A stretch of 64,000 nucleotides of DNA from an uncultured Thermococci archaeon (GCA_964595645.1 CAZQQT010000002.1:32001-96000); one strand, 5' to 3'; positions 10,469-20,424 are shown, numbered from the stretch's first letter. Made by a program: numbers and translations. The notes: generated by a model not told the origin, from the letters alone.

Positions 10469-10759
10469 TCACCCTGAGATCTGTATCCCTAACATTTTTA
10501 CGCCTTTTTTTGTCTTCATGGATAAGGTCGCCGGCGCTGTCACTAGGCACTGACCGTCCTTCAAATTTACTTCTTCATCGTTCACCGTTACGTCTACCTC
10601 TCCGTTGATGACGTTGAATATCACGTAAGAGGACATCTTGCAGGGCGGGATCTTCCCTTCTTCAGGGAGTTGAATATGTCTTATTTTGAACTCATCTCGT
10701 TCAAAGATCTGTTTTTTTCCTTCCATCTTTTTCAAATTGAATACTTCCATATTTCTCAT
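10469..10759 (-). CDS. Cupin-fold protein
   Basis: IPPC..YVIFNVINGE..V..L..GQCLV. Confidence 0.65.
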   Translation of the reverse strand: MRNMEVFNLKKMEGKKQIFERDEFKIRHIQLPEEGKIPPCKMSSYVIFNVINGEVDVTVNDEEVNLKDGQCLVTAPATLSMKTKKGVKMLGIQISG

Positions 10760-10764
10760 CTCCT

Positions 10765-11145
10765 TTATTCATTGTCTCCAAATTCTTCTTCATAAAAACT
10801 GGTCATCTTCTCCATCATCCTTTTTCGCTCTTTAATTATCTCCAACCAATTTTTTAGGTGTTCTCTTCCCTTTACAGTTATATCGTAAACCCTTTTATTT
10901 GGACCAGACTCACTTTCCCTCCACTCCGATTTTAAAAGCCCTTCTTTTTCCATTCTTCTGAGGGTGGTGTACATAGTTCCGGATTTAATTACGTGTCTTC
11001 CTTCACTCAACTCTTCGATTTTCTTCGTTATCCCATATCCGTGGATCGGTTCCTCACAGACAACACGCAGTATCAAGAACTGTATCCATCGGCGCTCTGG
11101 ATAACCTGAGTGGCTATGGCAGCCGGGCTCTGGTTTTCTGCACAT
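10765..11145 (-). CDS. PadR family regulator
   Basis: PIHGYGI, SGTMYTTLRRMEKEGLL, RVYDITVKG; start uncertain (11145/11151/11163). Confidence 0.9.
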   Translation of the reverse strand: MCRKPEPGCHSHSGYPERRWIQFLILRVVCEEPIHGYGITKKIEELSEGRHVIKSGTMYTTLRRMEKEGLLKSEWRESESGPNKRVYDITVKGREHLKNWLEIIKERKRMMEKMTSFYEEEFGDNE

Positions 11146-11271
11146 CACCATACTATGTAACATTGTTATATAAAAGGTTTTGGGAGGCAGAACTATCGAT
11201 GAAATAAAAAAAGTAAAAACATGCATAGTACGGGTAAACGATTTTTCATCTCAATTCTTCGATGTGTTCTT

Positions 11272-11592
11272 TTACTGCCACCTTTCAGGGCCTTTTTCTA
11301 ATTCTCTTTCTACTATCTCTTCTATCTTTTCCTTTGGAGGGACTTCGTCTGAAGTAACTTTCTTTCCGTTCACATAGGCGGACGGGACCTTACGTCTTTT
11401 ACCATCAGGGTCCTTCTGATATCCATCAGTCGGTACGTTACTCATCTTGGAGCCTGCATAATAAATATCAAGTCGGATCCTATCGGGAAACGATCCTACA
11501 AACTCTTCCATCATACTTATCAATTTCTTACATTTTGATGTGGGAGGTGAAGCAACCAACAGCTCTATCCTCATCATCTTGTCTTCACTCAT
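11272..11592 (-). CDS. Hypothetical thioredoxin-fold-like protein with single Cys
   Basis: IELLVASPPTSKC; VPSAYVNGK cis-Pro-like loop. Confidence 0.5.
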   Translation of the reverse strand: MSEDKMMRIELLVASPPTSKCKKLISMMEEFVGSFPDRIRLDIYYAGSKMSNVPTDGYQKDPDGKRRKVPSAYVNGKKVTSDEVPPKEKIEEIVERELEKGPERWQ

Positions 11593-12625
11593 ATCTTTCC
11601 ACCGCCTTATCTATCAGGTTTTTCAGATCTTCTTTTAGATGGTCTTCTAAGGAGCAATTCTCGATTATTTTGACACAACTAGAATATGTTGTATTAGAAA
11701 GAGCCCTCCTGACGCGATCAAGCTCTTTTTGATCCGCAACCAGAAAATCCCCTCTGATAGAAACATTTTTAAAGACATCTCCTTCTGTATCTGCTGAGAG
11801 GACTATAACTCCGCTTTTTCCTTTGGTGGATACGGTCATCGACCTGGATTCGTGTTCTTGGTAAGTCCATTTATCCAACGAATATTTATCTTCATACAGT
11901 TGTTCTGCTTCTTTCCTCTCATCGGCTGATAATACTCCTTCCTGGAACTCGATATTTAGACCACTTGATATATTGCTTTTCAAGTGTTCCATCACATCAT
12001 CAACTTTAACTGTATCATCGACCAACTCCGATAGATTCACGACTCTGTGCATTATATCGTTCTCTTCTTTGTCCTCAAATTTCAATTTTTTGGGGTTAAG
12101 AGTGTCATTAAGAGCATCTTTATCCACATCTATAAGGAACGTTCCGCTGTGTACCATACCAGAATACCATTCTATCTGGGCAGAACCGTATATCTTTTTA
12201 CCATTTACAGTAACATCGTTTGCTCCGCTGATCTCAGCCTTCACATCGTATTCTTTGAGTGTTTTTATGACCACCTCTCCCAATAATTCATACATCTCTG
12301 AAGGATTTTCTATATTCAATTTTGAAAAGAGAGGTTTCTTTCTGAAAAATAAGGAGTAACAAAATGTACCTTCATCCTGATAAACTGCACCACCGGGATT
12401 CGGTCTACGGATCACGGGGATGTCATTCTTATCACAGAACTCTAGGTCTACTTCCTCATCAGCATCCTGGTATATACCTATGAATACTGAGGGGTCTACC
12501 CTCCTCAATCTCAGGGTGTTTGGACTCCTACCCTCATCTACCCTCCTTAAAAGTGTTTCTTCCACTGCAAAATGCATCTTGGGTTCTTTGATATCCTCCT
12601 TCAGTGATCTCCAGATATCAGTCAT
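11585..12625 (-). CDS. lplA: Lipoate-protein ligase A family
   Basis: RRPNPGGAVYQD, NDVTVNGKKIYGSAQ, HSGTFL, C-terminal GDF domain. Confidence 0.85.
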   Translation of the reverse strand: MTDIWRSLKEDIKEPKMHFAVEETLLRRVDEGRSPNTLRLRRVDPSVFIGIYQDADEEVDLEFCDKNDIPVIRRPNPGGAVYQDEGTFCYSLFFRKKPLFSKLNIENPSEMYELLGEVVIKTLKEYDVKAEISGANDVTVNGKKIYGSAQIEWYSGMVHSGTFLIDVDKDALNDTLNPKKLKFEDKEENDIMHRVVNLSELVDDTVKVDDVMEHLKSNISSGLNIEFQEGVLSADERKEAEQLYEDKYSLDKWTYQEHESRSMTVSTKGKSGVIVLSADTEGDVFKNVSIRGDFLVADQKELDRVRRALSNTTYSSCVKIIENCSLEDHLKEDLKNLIDKAVERYE

Positions 12626-13301
12626 AAAAGGGGCACCTTTCTCCCTTACAATCCTCTACATCTTCGGAAAAAGGACATCTGTTATCGGTCAACTTTGGTA
12701 ATTTGTATCTCTCTTTTAATATGGAATATCCTTCCTCTATCGAGGCATATACGCTCTGTTTGCAGCACCGTGGACCCCCCATCTCAGCGATAGCTTTTAA
12801 AGAATTTGAAGTTGCTCTCAATGCGGCACTTCTTTCTTCATCGGATCGGAAAGTCGCATCGGTGATCAACGATACGGCAGTACCGGCTGATTCGCAGGCT
12901 CCACAAGCACCACGGCTCCCACATGCACCGTACGGTATATCTTTCACTCGGTTCATAGCAGTCTTTATCTTTTTTAAAGAGATATCAACACCCGAGTTCT
13001 TACATACAGTCAGAATAACCGGAGCAACCAAAAGATGGTGCTCTATACCGTGAGGATTGAAGGAAGAATGCTTCATTATCAGATCTGCCAGTTCAAAGGG
13101 ATCAGTTCCATCATGGTTATCGCATGTTCTTTCTATGATCTCCTGTGGATCAGATAATCTGCAGGATTCACACTGAAAGTGTCCTTCTGGACAGATGAAG
13201 TTAGTTTCTTCTTTTTTTCCACAGTACATACACTCAGCAGCAGTGGCATGCTTTTCCAATATAGTCCCACAGATAGGGCAGGGGAATTCTCTTTCGGTCA
13301 T
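12618..13301 (-). CDS. Cys-rich DUF5714-like protein with N-terminal zinc ribbon
   Basis: CPIC, CMYC, CPEGHFQCESC, HGIEHH, CGSRGACGA, GGPRCCK. Confidence 0.75.
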   Translation of the reverse strand: MTEREFPCPICGTILEKHATAAECMYCGKKEETNFICPEGHFQCESCRLSDPQEIIERTCDNHDGTDPFELADLIMKHSSFNPHGIEHHLLVAPVILTVCKNSGVDISLKKIKTAMNRVKDIPYGACGSRGACGACESAGTAVSLITDATFRSDEERSAALRATSNSLKAIAEMGGPRCCKQSVYASIEEGYSILKERYKLPKLTDNRCPFSEDVEDCKGERCPFYD

Positions 13302-13403
13302 CTCGTTATTCTCCGATATATCTTTTCGTTCCTTTTAATATCTGCTCTATCAACTATCCTACTTGAAGATGGAAGGCTTAATAGCAAAATAACTCTTCTA
13401 ATC

Positions 13404-13640
13404 CTACTCTTTCAACAGTTTTTTGATCTGTTCCGGATTCAGGACCTTTCCTGTAGCCTTCACTTCTCCATCCACTGCCAATCCAGGAGTACTCATGACT
13501 CCTCTTGAACTGATCTCCTGTAGATCCTGTACCTCTTCTACTTCTGCATCTATGCCCAATTCCTTAACAGCTTTCTTTGCGTTCTTTTCCAATCTCTGGC
13601 ATTTTGCACATCCGGTTCCCAATATCTCTATCTTTTTCAT
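13404..13640 (-). CDS. Small redox-active disulfide protein (Thioredoxin_3/MTH895-like)
   Basis: IEILGTGCAKC, GVMSTPGLAVDGEV. Confidence 0.92.
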   Translation of the reverse strand: MKKIEILGTGCAKCQRLEKNAKKAVKELGIDAEVEEVQDLQEISSRGVMSTPGLAVDGEVKATGKVLNPEQIKKLLKE

Positions 13641-13663
13641 ATATACTCACCTCTAAATTTCGT

Positions 13664-14035
13664 TTATTCTTTTTGAAGCCTATCCACTAAATCTTCAACA
13701 TCATCTATAATCTTATCTAATTTTTCTTCACTTTTAAAATCCTTATTCTTTTTTATATCGTATCTTTCAGATATAACGATTTCTTCATTCACAGGTATAT
13801 CAGCACTCTCAAGAGCTTTTGTTGCACACCTAACTTTACAGCCGTTCAGTCCGATATATCCATCGCTGCTTTTACCGTTCTCTATGATTCCTTCTATACC
13901 CAAAGGTAATCCGAGGGCACAAACGAAATCTGTGTTCTCCTTTTCCTCCAATGTGTTCACTACCGCTTTCGTCGAAAGCATTCCTACGTTACATGCCCCT
14001 GAGCAGGGCAATATTCCTATCTTTTTCATTTTCAT
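13664..14035 (-). CDS. DGC-domain putative zinc-binding protein
   Basis: PCSGACNVG, VCA, NGCKVRCA. Confidence 0.8.
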   Translation of the reverse strand: MKMKKIGILPCSGACNVGMLSTKAVVNTLEEKENTDFVCALGLPLGIEGIIENGKSSDGYIGLNGCKVRCATKALESADIPVNEEIVISERYDIKKNKDFKSEEKLDKIIDDVEDLVDRLQKE

Positions 14036-14054
14036 CCTTCTCCTATATTAATCT

Positions 14055-14801
14055 TTAATTTTCCATCCTTTCGCTTAACTCTTGAAACGCAACTTTACTC
14101 TTAGCTCGGGGAATAGCCTGTTGATCCAGCAATTCCAAATTATGGATTATTTTATTGAAACTCTTTTGAGGGATTCCTATCAATGCTTCTCCAGAGTTTA
14201 CATCTGTCGCTTCTCTACATCCAAAACAGCCTAAACTCGTGTTTATTTTTTTCGTTAAAAAAGGAACAACTGTAGAATCAACACATGTGGCTTGAAAGAT
14301 AGAAGAATTAAATTCAAGTCTACCACCTTCGTCATAATATGAAGCTAAAGCTAGCCACATAATATCTTCAACTTTAGATTCGATAACAATTACATCTACG
14401 GGATAATTCACATCATTCAAAGGTCCTAAAGCCACGCCTTGATATTTACCCAACTCTAACCTCGGGATCGCATCCATTGTATTACTAGCTGCATCTTTAT
14501 CTTTAAATAAACCCATCTTATCCAACACTTCGCCTGTTCGAAGTTTATCTGCTAAAGGCTTAAAACCAAAAGCAGCAGTTGATGCAGGACATGTGATATT
14601 TTCTTTAGTCAAAACTACTTTCTCTCCCTCTCCTGCTCTCATTAATGCTTGACAATACCTACCCCTAAAATCTCTGTCGTATCCCTCCTTAACTATTTTA
14701 GCTATTCTATCCTTTGACTCAAAGAACTTGATACCTACAGGTTTTCTTTCCAATTCAAGTATTTCCATCAAAGTATCTACCATATTTTTTAATTTTTTCA
14801 T
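14055..14801 (-). CDS. DUF169 family protein
   Basis: PVGIKF, RYCQ, CPA, QATCVD, SLGCFGCR. Confidence 0.85.
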   Translation of the reverse strand: MKKLKNMVDTLMEILELERKPVGIKFFESKDRIAKIVKEGYDRDFRGRYCQALMRAGEGEKVVLTKENITCPASTAAFGFKPLADKLRTGEVLDKMGLFKDKDAASNTMDAIPRLELGKYQGVALGPLNDVNYPVDVIVIESKVEDIMWLALASYYDEGGRLEFNSSIFQATCVDSTVVPFLTKKINTSLGCFGCREATDVNSGEALIGIPQKSFNKIIHNLELLDQQAIPRAKSKVAFQELSERMEN

Positions 14802-14817
14802 ATTGGTTGCCTCCCTA

Positions 14818-15897
14818 TCAAACTATCATTCCATATGTGAACCCCATCAAAGTTGAAAGTATCACAACGATCGCGATATAAGCGACCCACTGCTTGAATT
14901 TCATGATCCTGAACAGGACTATCATGTTGGGTAAGCTAAGCGATGGACCGGCGAGTAACAAACTCAAGGCTGGGGCGTCTCCCATGATACCCGCCGTATA
15001 ACCAAAAGTCGTTCCGATAATCGGGACCTCTAAAAGAGTGGGCATGTAGAGTATCGCTCCGATTATTGAACCTAGGAAGGATGCCAGTAGGCTATCGTTC
15101 CCAAGATATGGCCTAAAGGTCTCCGGAGGTAAAAAGTATGCTATCACTCCTACTATAAAGGTACCCACGATTAATATAGGAAATATCTTTTTCGTTAGAT
15201 CCCATGTTTCATATCCCCATTCCGTCACTTCACTTTTTTTGTAGTAATAGATGAGGACGGTAGCAAGGAAAACGGTTGCTATATATACGATTGCCAATTT
15301 TGGTACCCACGGAATACCAGCTGCTCCTACGACCAAGATTACTATCAACGATCCAAAGAACCCTAATTTCACCCATATAGACCTCTCAGGACTGTCATCG
15401 GGCATCGTATTGTCCATGTTATTCTTACTCGTCTCTTCATCATGTGTCTTGAATATAGTTGATATCACGAACGCTATCACGAATGCCATGGCAACGGCGG
15501 CGATCGCCCTAGCGAGCCCCAGTTCATAACCCAAAACGTTGGCAGTATACACGATGGCTAAAATATTGATAGCTGGCCCAGAATACAAGAAAGCGGTAGC
15601 CGGACCTACTCCACTCCCCTTTTTATACAATCCCGCGAACATGGGAAGTATCGTACAGCTGCACACCGCCAATATTGCACCGGAGACAGAAGCTATAGGA
15701 TAGGATATGGTTTTTTTAACATCCGGTCCGAGATACTCCAATATGGCATCTTTCTTGATGAAAGATGCGATAGCTCCAGCTATGAAGAATGCGGGCACCA
15801 AACATGTAAGAACATGTTCTGATAGGTAGCTATAGACGTTGAGCAGACCGCTCATCAGGACCTCGTAGAGTATTTCTATCATATCTTTCAACACCAT
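14818..15897 (-). CDS. ArsP/DUF318 family permease
   Basis: HVLTCLVPAFFIAG, LAVCSCTILP, FLYSGPAIN, MPTLLEVP, LLAGPSLSLP. Confidence 0.9.
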   Translation of the reverse strand: MVLKDMIEILYEVLMSGLLNVYSYLSEHVLTCLVPAFFIAGAIASFIKKDAILEYLGPDVKKTISYPIASVSGAILAVCSCTILPMFAGLYKKGSGVGPATAFLYSGPAINILAIVYTANVLGYELGLARAIAAVAMAFVIAFVISTIFKTHDEETSKNNMDNTMPDDSPERSIWVKLGFFGSLIVILVVGAAGIPWVPKLAIVYIATVFLATVLIYYYKKSEVTEWGYETWDLTKKIFPILIVGTFIVGVIAYFLPPETFRPYLGNDSLLASFLGSIIGAILYMPTLLEVPIIGTTFGYTAGIMGDAPALSLLLAGPSLSLPNMIVLFRIMKFKQWVAYIAIVVILSTLMGFTYGMIV

Positions 15898-15965
15898 TTC
15901 AACTTTTTTTGAAATGCATTATGTTGTACCTTTATAAAGGTTTCGGTTTCAAAAATATTTGAAAC
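15896..15965 (-). promoter_or_regulatory. Promoter with two TTTCAA-N6/8-TTGAAA inverted repeats around a palindromic TATA box
   Basis: atttcaa..ttgaaat (15896-15915), acctttataaaggt (15928-15941), gtttcaaa..tttgaaac (15946-15965). Confidence 0.6.
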
Positions 15966-16029
15966 ACTGGTATTAAGATACAACCTTTCTACAATATAAA
16001 AAATAAAATGCTTTTTCTATACTGGGGGC

Positions 16030-16170
16030 ATGGATGAATATCTGCTATTTTTGAATAAGGGGGGAGGATACATTATCTGTTATCGATATCAAAAATAAAA
16101 AGACCATAAGAAAACTGGAAACAGATCATAATTTTCTGATAAATAGCCTATTGAAGAAGTGATCTTGTGA
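16030..16170 (+). pseudogene. YVTN beta-propeller repeat remnant
   Basis: Removing one G from the G6 run gives MDEYLLFLNKGEDTLSVIDIKNKKTIRKLET. Confidence 0.35.
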
Positions 16171-16257
16171 GCTGCAGAAAACTAAATATAGATTTTAATT
16201 TATCATATGCCTCTCACTATGAATAAAATACTATTTCTCTTCCTAAAAAGTGATTGA

Positions 16258-16431
16258 ATGTTAAATATTATTAAAAAACTTAAGAATGAAGGAATATTCA
16301 TTCGGGATCTCTTTCATCATCTTCCATCCAGCTGGATTAGGGTATCCATTGGTACTAGGAATGAGAATGATCTTCTTTTATCAGCTCTCCGTACCCTTCA
16401 CCCATATGATAACCAAAACTCATTTAAGTAG
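16258..16431 (+). pseudogene. 3' fragment of HisC-like PLP aminotransferase
   Basis: LKNEGIFIRDL...WIRVSIGTRNENDLLLSAL. Confidence 0.55.
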
Positions 16432-16451
16432 TTATACCGTACCTATGGTAG

Positions 16452-17303
16452 ATGGTACTCATGAAGGAATCGGTTACTCAATCCAGAGAAGAGCGAGTTG
16501 AGAAGCTCAATGCGACTGCACGCACGATCCGACGACACATTATTCGCGACATTTACGAAGCAGGTTCAGGGCACCCAGGCGGTTCTCTTTCTTCAACGGA
16601 GATTATTACAGCTCTCTATTTTCATCTCATGAACCATGATCCCGATAACCCTGATTGGGAGGAGAGAGATCGGTTTGTGTTGAGTAAAGGACACAGCTGT
16701 CCGGCGCTGTATGCTGCATTAGCAGAGGCTGGGTATTTTAATGTGGACGATCTCTTGGCGCTGAGAAAGCTCGGTTCACATCTTCAGGGTCATCCCTCGA
16801 TGAGAACACCAGGCATCGATATCTGCACGGGTTCGTTGGGACAGGGACTCTCGATTGCCGTGGGCATGGCACTCGGCCTTCGTCTTGACAGCAAGCTCTC
16901 CAGAGTCTACGTGCTTTTGGGGGATGGAGAGATGCAGTGCGGCCAGGTGTGGGAAGCTGCGATGGCAGCTGCTCATTACAATTTGGGCAATATCACCGCC
17001 TTTATTGATAGGAACAGACTCCAGATCGATGGGAGCAGTGAGCGTGTCATGTCGTTAGAACCGTTAGGGTTTAAGCTGAAGTCATTCGGATGGCACGTGA
17101 CGGAGATCAACGGCCACAATTTCAATGAGATCATCGATGCTGTGGAGAAGGGGAAGAAGATCAATGGAGAACCAAAGGCGATAATCGCCCATACAACCAA
17201 AGGAAAGGGAGTTTCGTTCATGGAAGGATCCGTTGCCTTCCATGGGAAACCCCCGAACGATGAAGAATTCGAGCGGGCAATGAAGGAACTGGGAGGCGAG
17301 TGA
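16452..17303 (+). CDS. tktA: Transketolase N-terminal (TPP-binding) subunit
   Basis: [35 protein letters not shown]. Confidence 0.95.
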   Translation: MVLMKESVTQSREERVEKLNATARTIRRHIIRDIYEAGSGHPGGSLSSTEIITALYFHLMNHDPDNPDWEERDRFVLSKGHSCPALYAALAEAGYFNVDDLLALRKLGSHLQGHPSMRTPGIDICTGSLGQGLSIAVGMALGLRLDSKLSRVYVLLGDGEMQCGQVWEAAMAAAHYNLGNITAFIDRNRLQIDGSSERVMSLEPLGFKLKSFGWHVTEINGHNFNEIIDAVEKGKKINGEPKAIIAHTTKGKGVSFMEGSVAFHGKPPNDEEFERAMKELGGE

Positions 17304-18248
17304 ATGTTTGACGAGTACAAGTATCCACGGGTAGCGTACGGAGAAACACTCCGCGAACTGGGGAGAGAAAGAAAGAATATCGTTGTACTTGATGCCGATC
17401 TTTCTGCATCCACAAAAACGAAGTTTTTTGGCAATATGTTTCCCGATAGATTCTTCAATATGGGTGTGGCTGAACAGAACATGATGTGTGTGGCAGCAGG
17501 TCTCGCTACCACAGGAAAAACGGTGTTTGCCTCGTCCTTTGCAATGTTTGCGACGGGTCGAGTGTACGATCAGATACGACAGTCCATTGCGTATCCGAAA
17601 CTCAATGTGAAGATTGTAACTACTCACGCAGGAATCACGGTGGGTGGCGATGGTGCGTCTCACCAGATGACCGAGGATATCGCCCTGATGTCTGCACTTC
17701 CCAATATGCGTGTCGTCGTTCCTGCAGATTATCAAGCCACAGGAAAGATCATCAGGACACTCGCGGACGAGGATGGACCAGCATACGTGCGAATGGGGAG
17801 AAGTAAGGTGCCTACCATCTACGATGATTCTTACGAGTTTTCTGTTGGGAATGCAACGGTGGTGAGGGAGGGTGACGACATCTCTCTTATCGCAATTGGC
17901 ATTATGGTTTCTGAGGCCCTTATCGCGGCGGAACAATTAAAAGAGAAGGATATCTCCGCACGCGTTATCGATATGAGCACGGTGAAACCCGTTGATCAGG
18001 CGTGCATTCTGGAGGCTGCCAGAGAAACAGGTGCCATTGTGACTGCAGAGGAACACAACACCACGATGGGCATGGGATCTATCATTTCCTCTGTACTTGC
18101 CGAGAACTACCCGGTGCCGCTGATTAAATGTGGCATTCCCGACGTGTTCGGTGAAAGCGGTGAGTATCGTGAGTTAATGGAAGCATACGGATTAACTGCG
18201 GATAATATTGTCACGCAGACCATGAAAATACTCAAACGAAAGGAGTGA
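17304..18248 (+). CDS. tktB: Transketolase C-terminal subunit
   Basis: DADLSAST, GVAEQN, GDGASHQ, AEEH. Confidence 0.95.
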   Translation: MFDEYKYPRVAYGETLRELGRERKNIVVLDADLSASTKTKFFGNMFPDRFFNMGVAEQNMMCVAAGLATTGKTVFASSFAMFATGRVYDQIRQSIAYPKLNVKIVTTHAGITVGGDGASHQMTEDIALMSALPNMRVVVPADYQATGKIIRTLADEDGPAYVRMGRSKVPTIYDDSYEFSVGNATVVREGDDISLIAIGIMVSEALIAAEQLKEKDISARVIDMSTVKPVDQACILEAARETGAIVTAEEHNTTMGMGSIISSVLAENYPVPLIKCGIPDVFGESGEYRELMEAYGLTADNIVTQTMKILKRKE

Positions 18249-18253
18249 GAAGC

Positions 18254-19147
18254 ATGAAAATTTTTATTGATACGGCAAAATTGGATGAAATCCAGGAGGC
18301 GAACTCATGGGGGATTGTGGATGGCGTGACCACTAATCCCTCATTGATTAAGAAGGCCATGGATGCACTGGACGAGCCGGTCGCCATGGAGGAGTATATC
18401 GCGTCGATATGCGCTGAAGTAGACGGGCCGGTGAGTCTGGAGACAATGAGCAGGACAACTGAGATGATGGTAGACGAAGCGGAAACGCTGTACGAGACGT
18501 TTAACGATGTGCACAACAACGTGGTGGTGAAGATCCCCGTGAACACTGCCATGGAAGAGGACCATGAGAACTACGAAGGAGTGAAGGCAATAAAAATCCT
18601 GGAAGACGAGGGAATCCCCATTAATGCCACGCTGGTGATGTCGCCGAACCAGGCACTGCTCGCCGCCAAGGCAGGTGCTTCCTACGTCAGTCCCTTCTTG
18701 GGAAGAGTCGATGACTATATACGGAGTAGAATGGGACTGGAACGTGGCGAGGACTACGCGAAGACGGCGTACTTCGATGAAGATATCTTTGAGACCATCA
18801 GGGTAGAAAAAAGACGGGATATGCTCCGAAAGAGACCTCACGAGCAGTTAGGGAAGTTATATCTCGATGAAAGGATTACCCCGCTTCCCACTGAGGTGAA
18901 CAGCGGTGTGGATCTCGTGCGAAAAACAAAAAGAATTTTTGAAAATTACGAATTTTCTACTGCCATCATTGCTGCGAGCATCCGGAACGCACGCCAGGTG
19001 GTGGAGGTTGCAGAAATCGGCGCCGAGATCGCGACCATCCCATTTAACGTGATCTCCGATATGATCTGGCACTACAAAACGAGGGAAGGAATGAAGGCAT
19101 TCACAGAGGATGTCATTCCCGAGTATAAAGTACTGTTCGAGGAATAA
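18254..19147 (+). CDS. tal: Transaldolase/FSA family with internal insertion
   Basis: IFIDTA, GVTTNPSL, VVKIP, YVSPFLGRVDD, AASIR. Confidence 0.9.
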   Translation: MKIFIDTAKLDEIQEANSWGIVDGVTTNPSLIKKAMDALDEPVAMEEYIASICAEVDGPVSLETMSRTTEMMVDEAETLYETFNDVHNNVVVKIPVNTAMEEDHENYEGVKAIKILEDEGIPINATLVMSPNQALLAAKAGASYVSPFLGRVDDYIRSRMGLERGEDYAKTAYFDEDIFETIRVEKRRDMLRKRPHEQLGKLYLDERITPLPTEVNSGVDLVRKTKRIFENYEFSTAIIAASIRNARQVVEVAEIGAEIATIPFNVISDMIWHYKTREGMKAFTEDVIPEYKVLFEE

Positions 19148-19148
19148 T

Positions 19149-19817
19149 ATGGTACAGATTGCTCCCTCTATCCTCTCTGCAGATTTCTCCCGTCTCGGCG
19201 ACGAGGTGAGAGACGCGGAGCGTGGAGGTGCGGACATGATCCACATCGACGTCATGGACGGTCACTTTGTCCCCAACCTCACCATCGGACCCGTGGTGGT
19301 AGAGGCCATTGCGCCTCTTGTTACTATTCCGATCGATATCCATCTTATGATCGAGCACCCGCAGAATACCATCGACGAGTTCATCGATGCATTGGGGGAC
19401 CGAGATGTGTCCAACGATTATCTCTCTATCCACGCGGAGTCGTGTATCCATCTGGACCGATTGGTGCACATGGTGAAGGATCGTGGGGTGAAGGTTGGTG
19501 TCGCGTTGAATCCGTCTACGTCGTTGTCAATGATCGAGTGGCTTCTCGACGAGATCGATCTCATCGTGATCATGACTGTCAACCCGGGGTACAGCGGACA
19601 GTCGTTCATTGAGGGGATGCTGCCGAAGATACGGAGAACGCGGGAACTCGTAGGAGATAAGGAGATCGAGATTCTTGTCGACGGAGGAGTGAAGGCCCAC
19701 AACGCGAAGCGTATCGTCGAGGCTGGCGCGTCGATTCTGGCCGCGGGCTCGGCAGTGTTTAACAAAGAAGCATCTGTAGAACATAATATCCGAGGAATCC
19801 GGGAAGCTGCGAAATAA
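19149..19817 (+). CDS. rpe: Ribulose-phosphate 3-epimerase
   Basis: IAPSILSADF, HIDVMDGHFVPN, MTVNPG, VDGG. Confidence 0.96.
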   Translation: MVQIAPSILSADFSRLGDEVRDAERGGADMIHIDVMDGHFVPNLTIGPVVVEAIAPLVTIPIDIHLMIEHPQNTIDEFIDALGDRDVSNDYLSIHAESCIHLDRLVHMVKDRGVKVGVALNPSTSLSMIEWLLDEIDLIVIMTVNPGYSGQSFIEGMLPKIRRTRELVGDKEIEILVDGGVKAHNAKRIVEAGASILAAGSAVFNKEASVEHNIRGIREAAK

Positions 19818-19992
19818 TTCTTCATCCAAGGAATATTTCTCTACGTGTTTCGAGGGACTTCAAAAATAAGAACCTTTTTTTTAGTTCACCACCCATAACC
19901 TTTCTTAACGATAGTATCTATGGGAGTACAAAAAGCTACGTTGGAAAAATATTTATAAATCGTGTCATCATAGAAGAAATGAGGAGACATGA

Positions 19993-20424
19993 ATGAATGA
20001 GAGCAGAATAAAACGATATAGAGATAAAATCAATCTTATTACAAAAAGACGTGAGGAGATAAACGAATGGATAGGGATAGGTTCCCACGACTTTGTGAAG
20101 GATGAAAAAACGAAACTCGCAACGTACAAGGCGTTCCAAGAAGCAGTTGAAGCATGCATGGACATCGTTGCAATGATGTGCAAAGATTCTGCTATCACAC
20201 CGAAAGATGATTATACCAACATTGATACCTTGGCAGAAGAAATGGATCTCTACAGCACGGAAAAATCACTGAAAGAGGCAAATGGGTTACGAAATAGACT
20301 TGTTCACAGGTACAATACAATGGATGACCTCCTCGCGTATGAGAGTATCAATAATCTTCTTCCAGAGATTGCACAATTTACTGAGCGGGTGTCACAATGG
20401 ATGAGAGAGAGATTGAACAAATAA
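19993..20424 (+). CDS. HepT-like HEPN RNase toxin (DUF86)
   Basis: RNRLVHRY (RX4HXY). Confidence 0.88.
   Translation: MNESRIKRYRDKINLITKRREEINEWIGIGSHDFVKDEKTKLATYKAFQEAVEACMDIVAMMCKDSAITPKDDYTNIDTLAEEMDLYSTEKSLKEANGLRNRLVHRYNTMDDLLAYESINNLLPEIAQFTERVSQWMRERLNK

Noticed and set aside
16976-19829. Long antisense ORFs over the PPP genes (also over sat, hef, mvk)
   Set aside because: Shadow frames of well-supported genes
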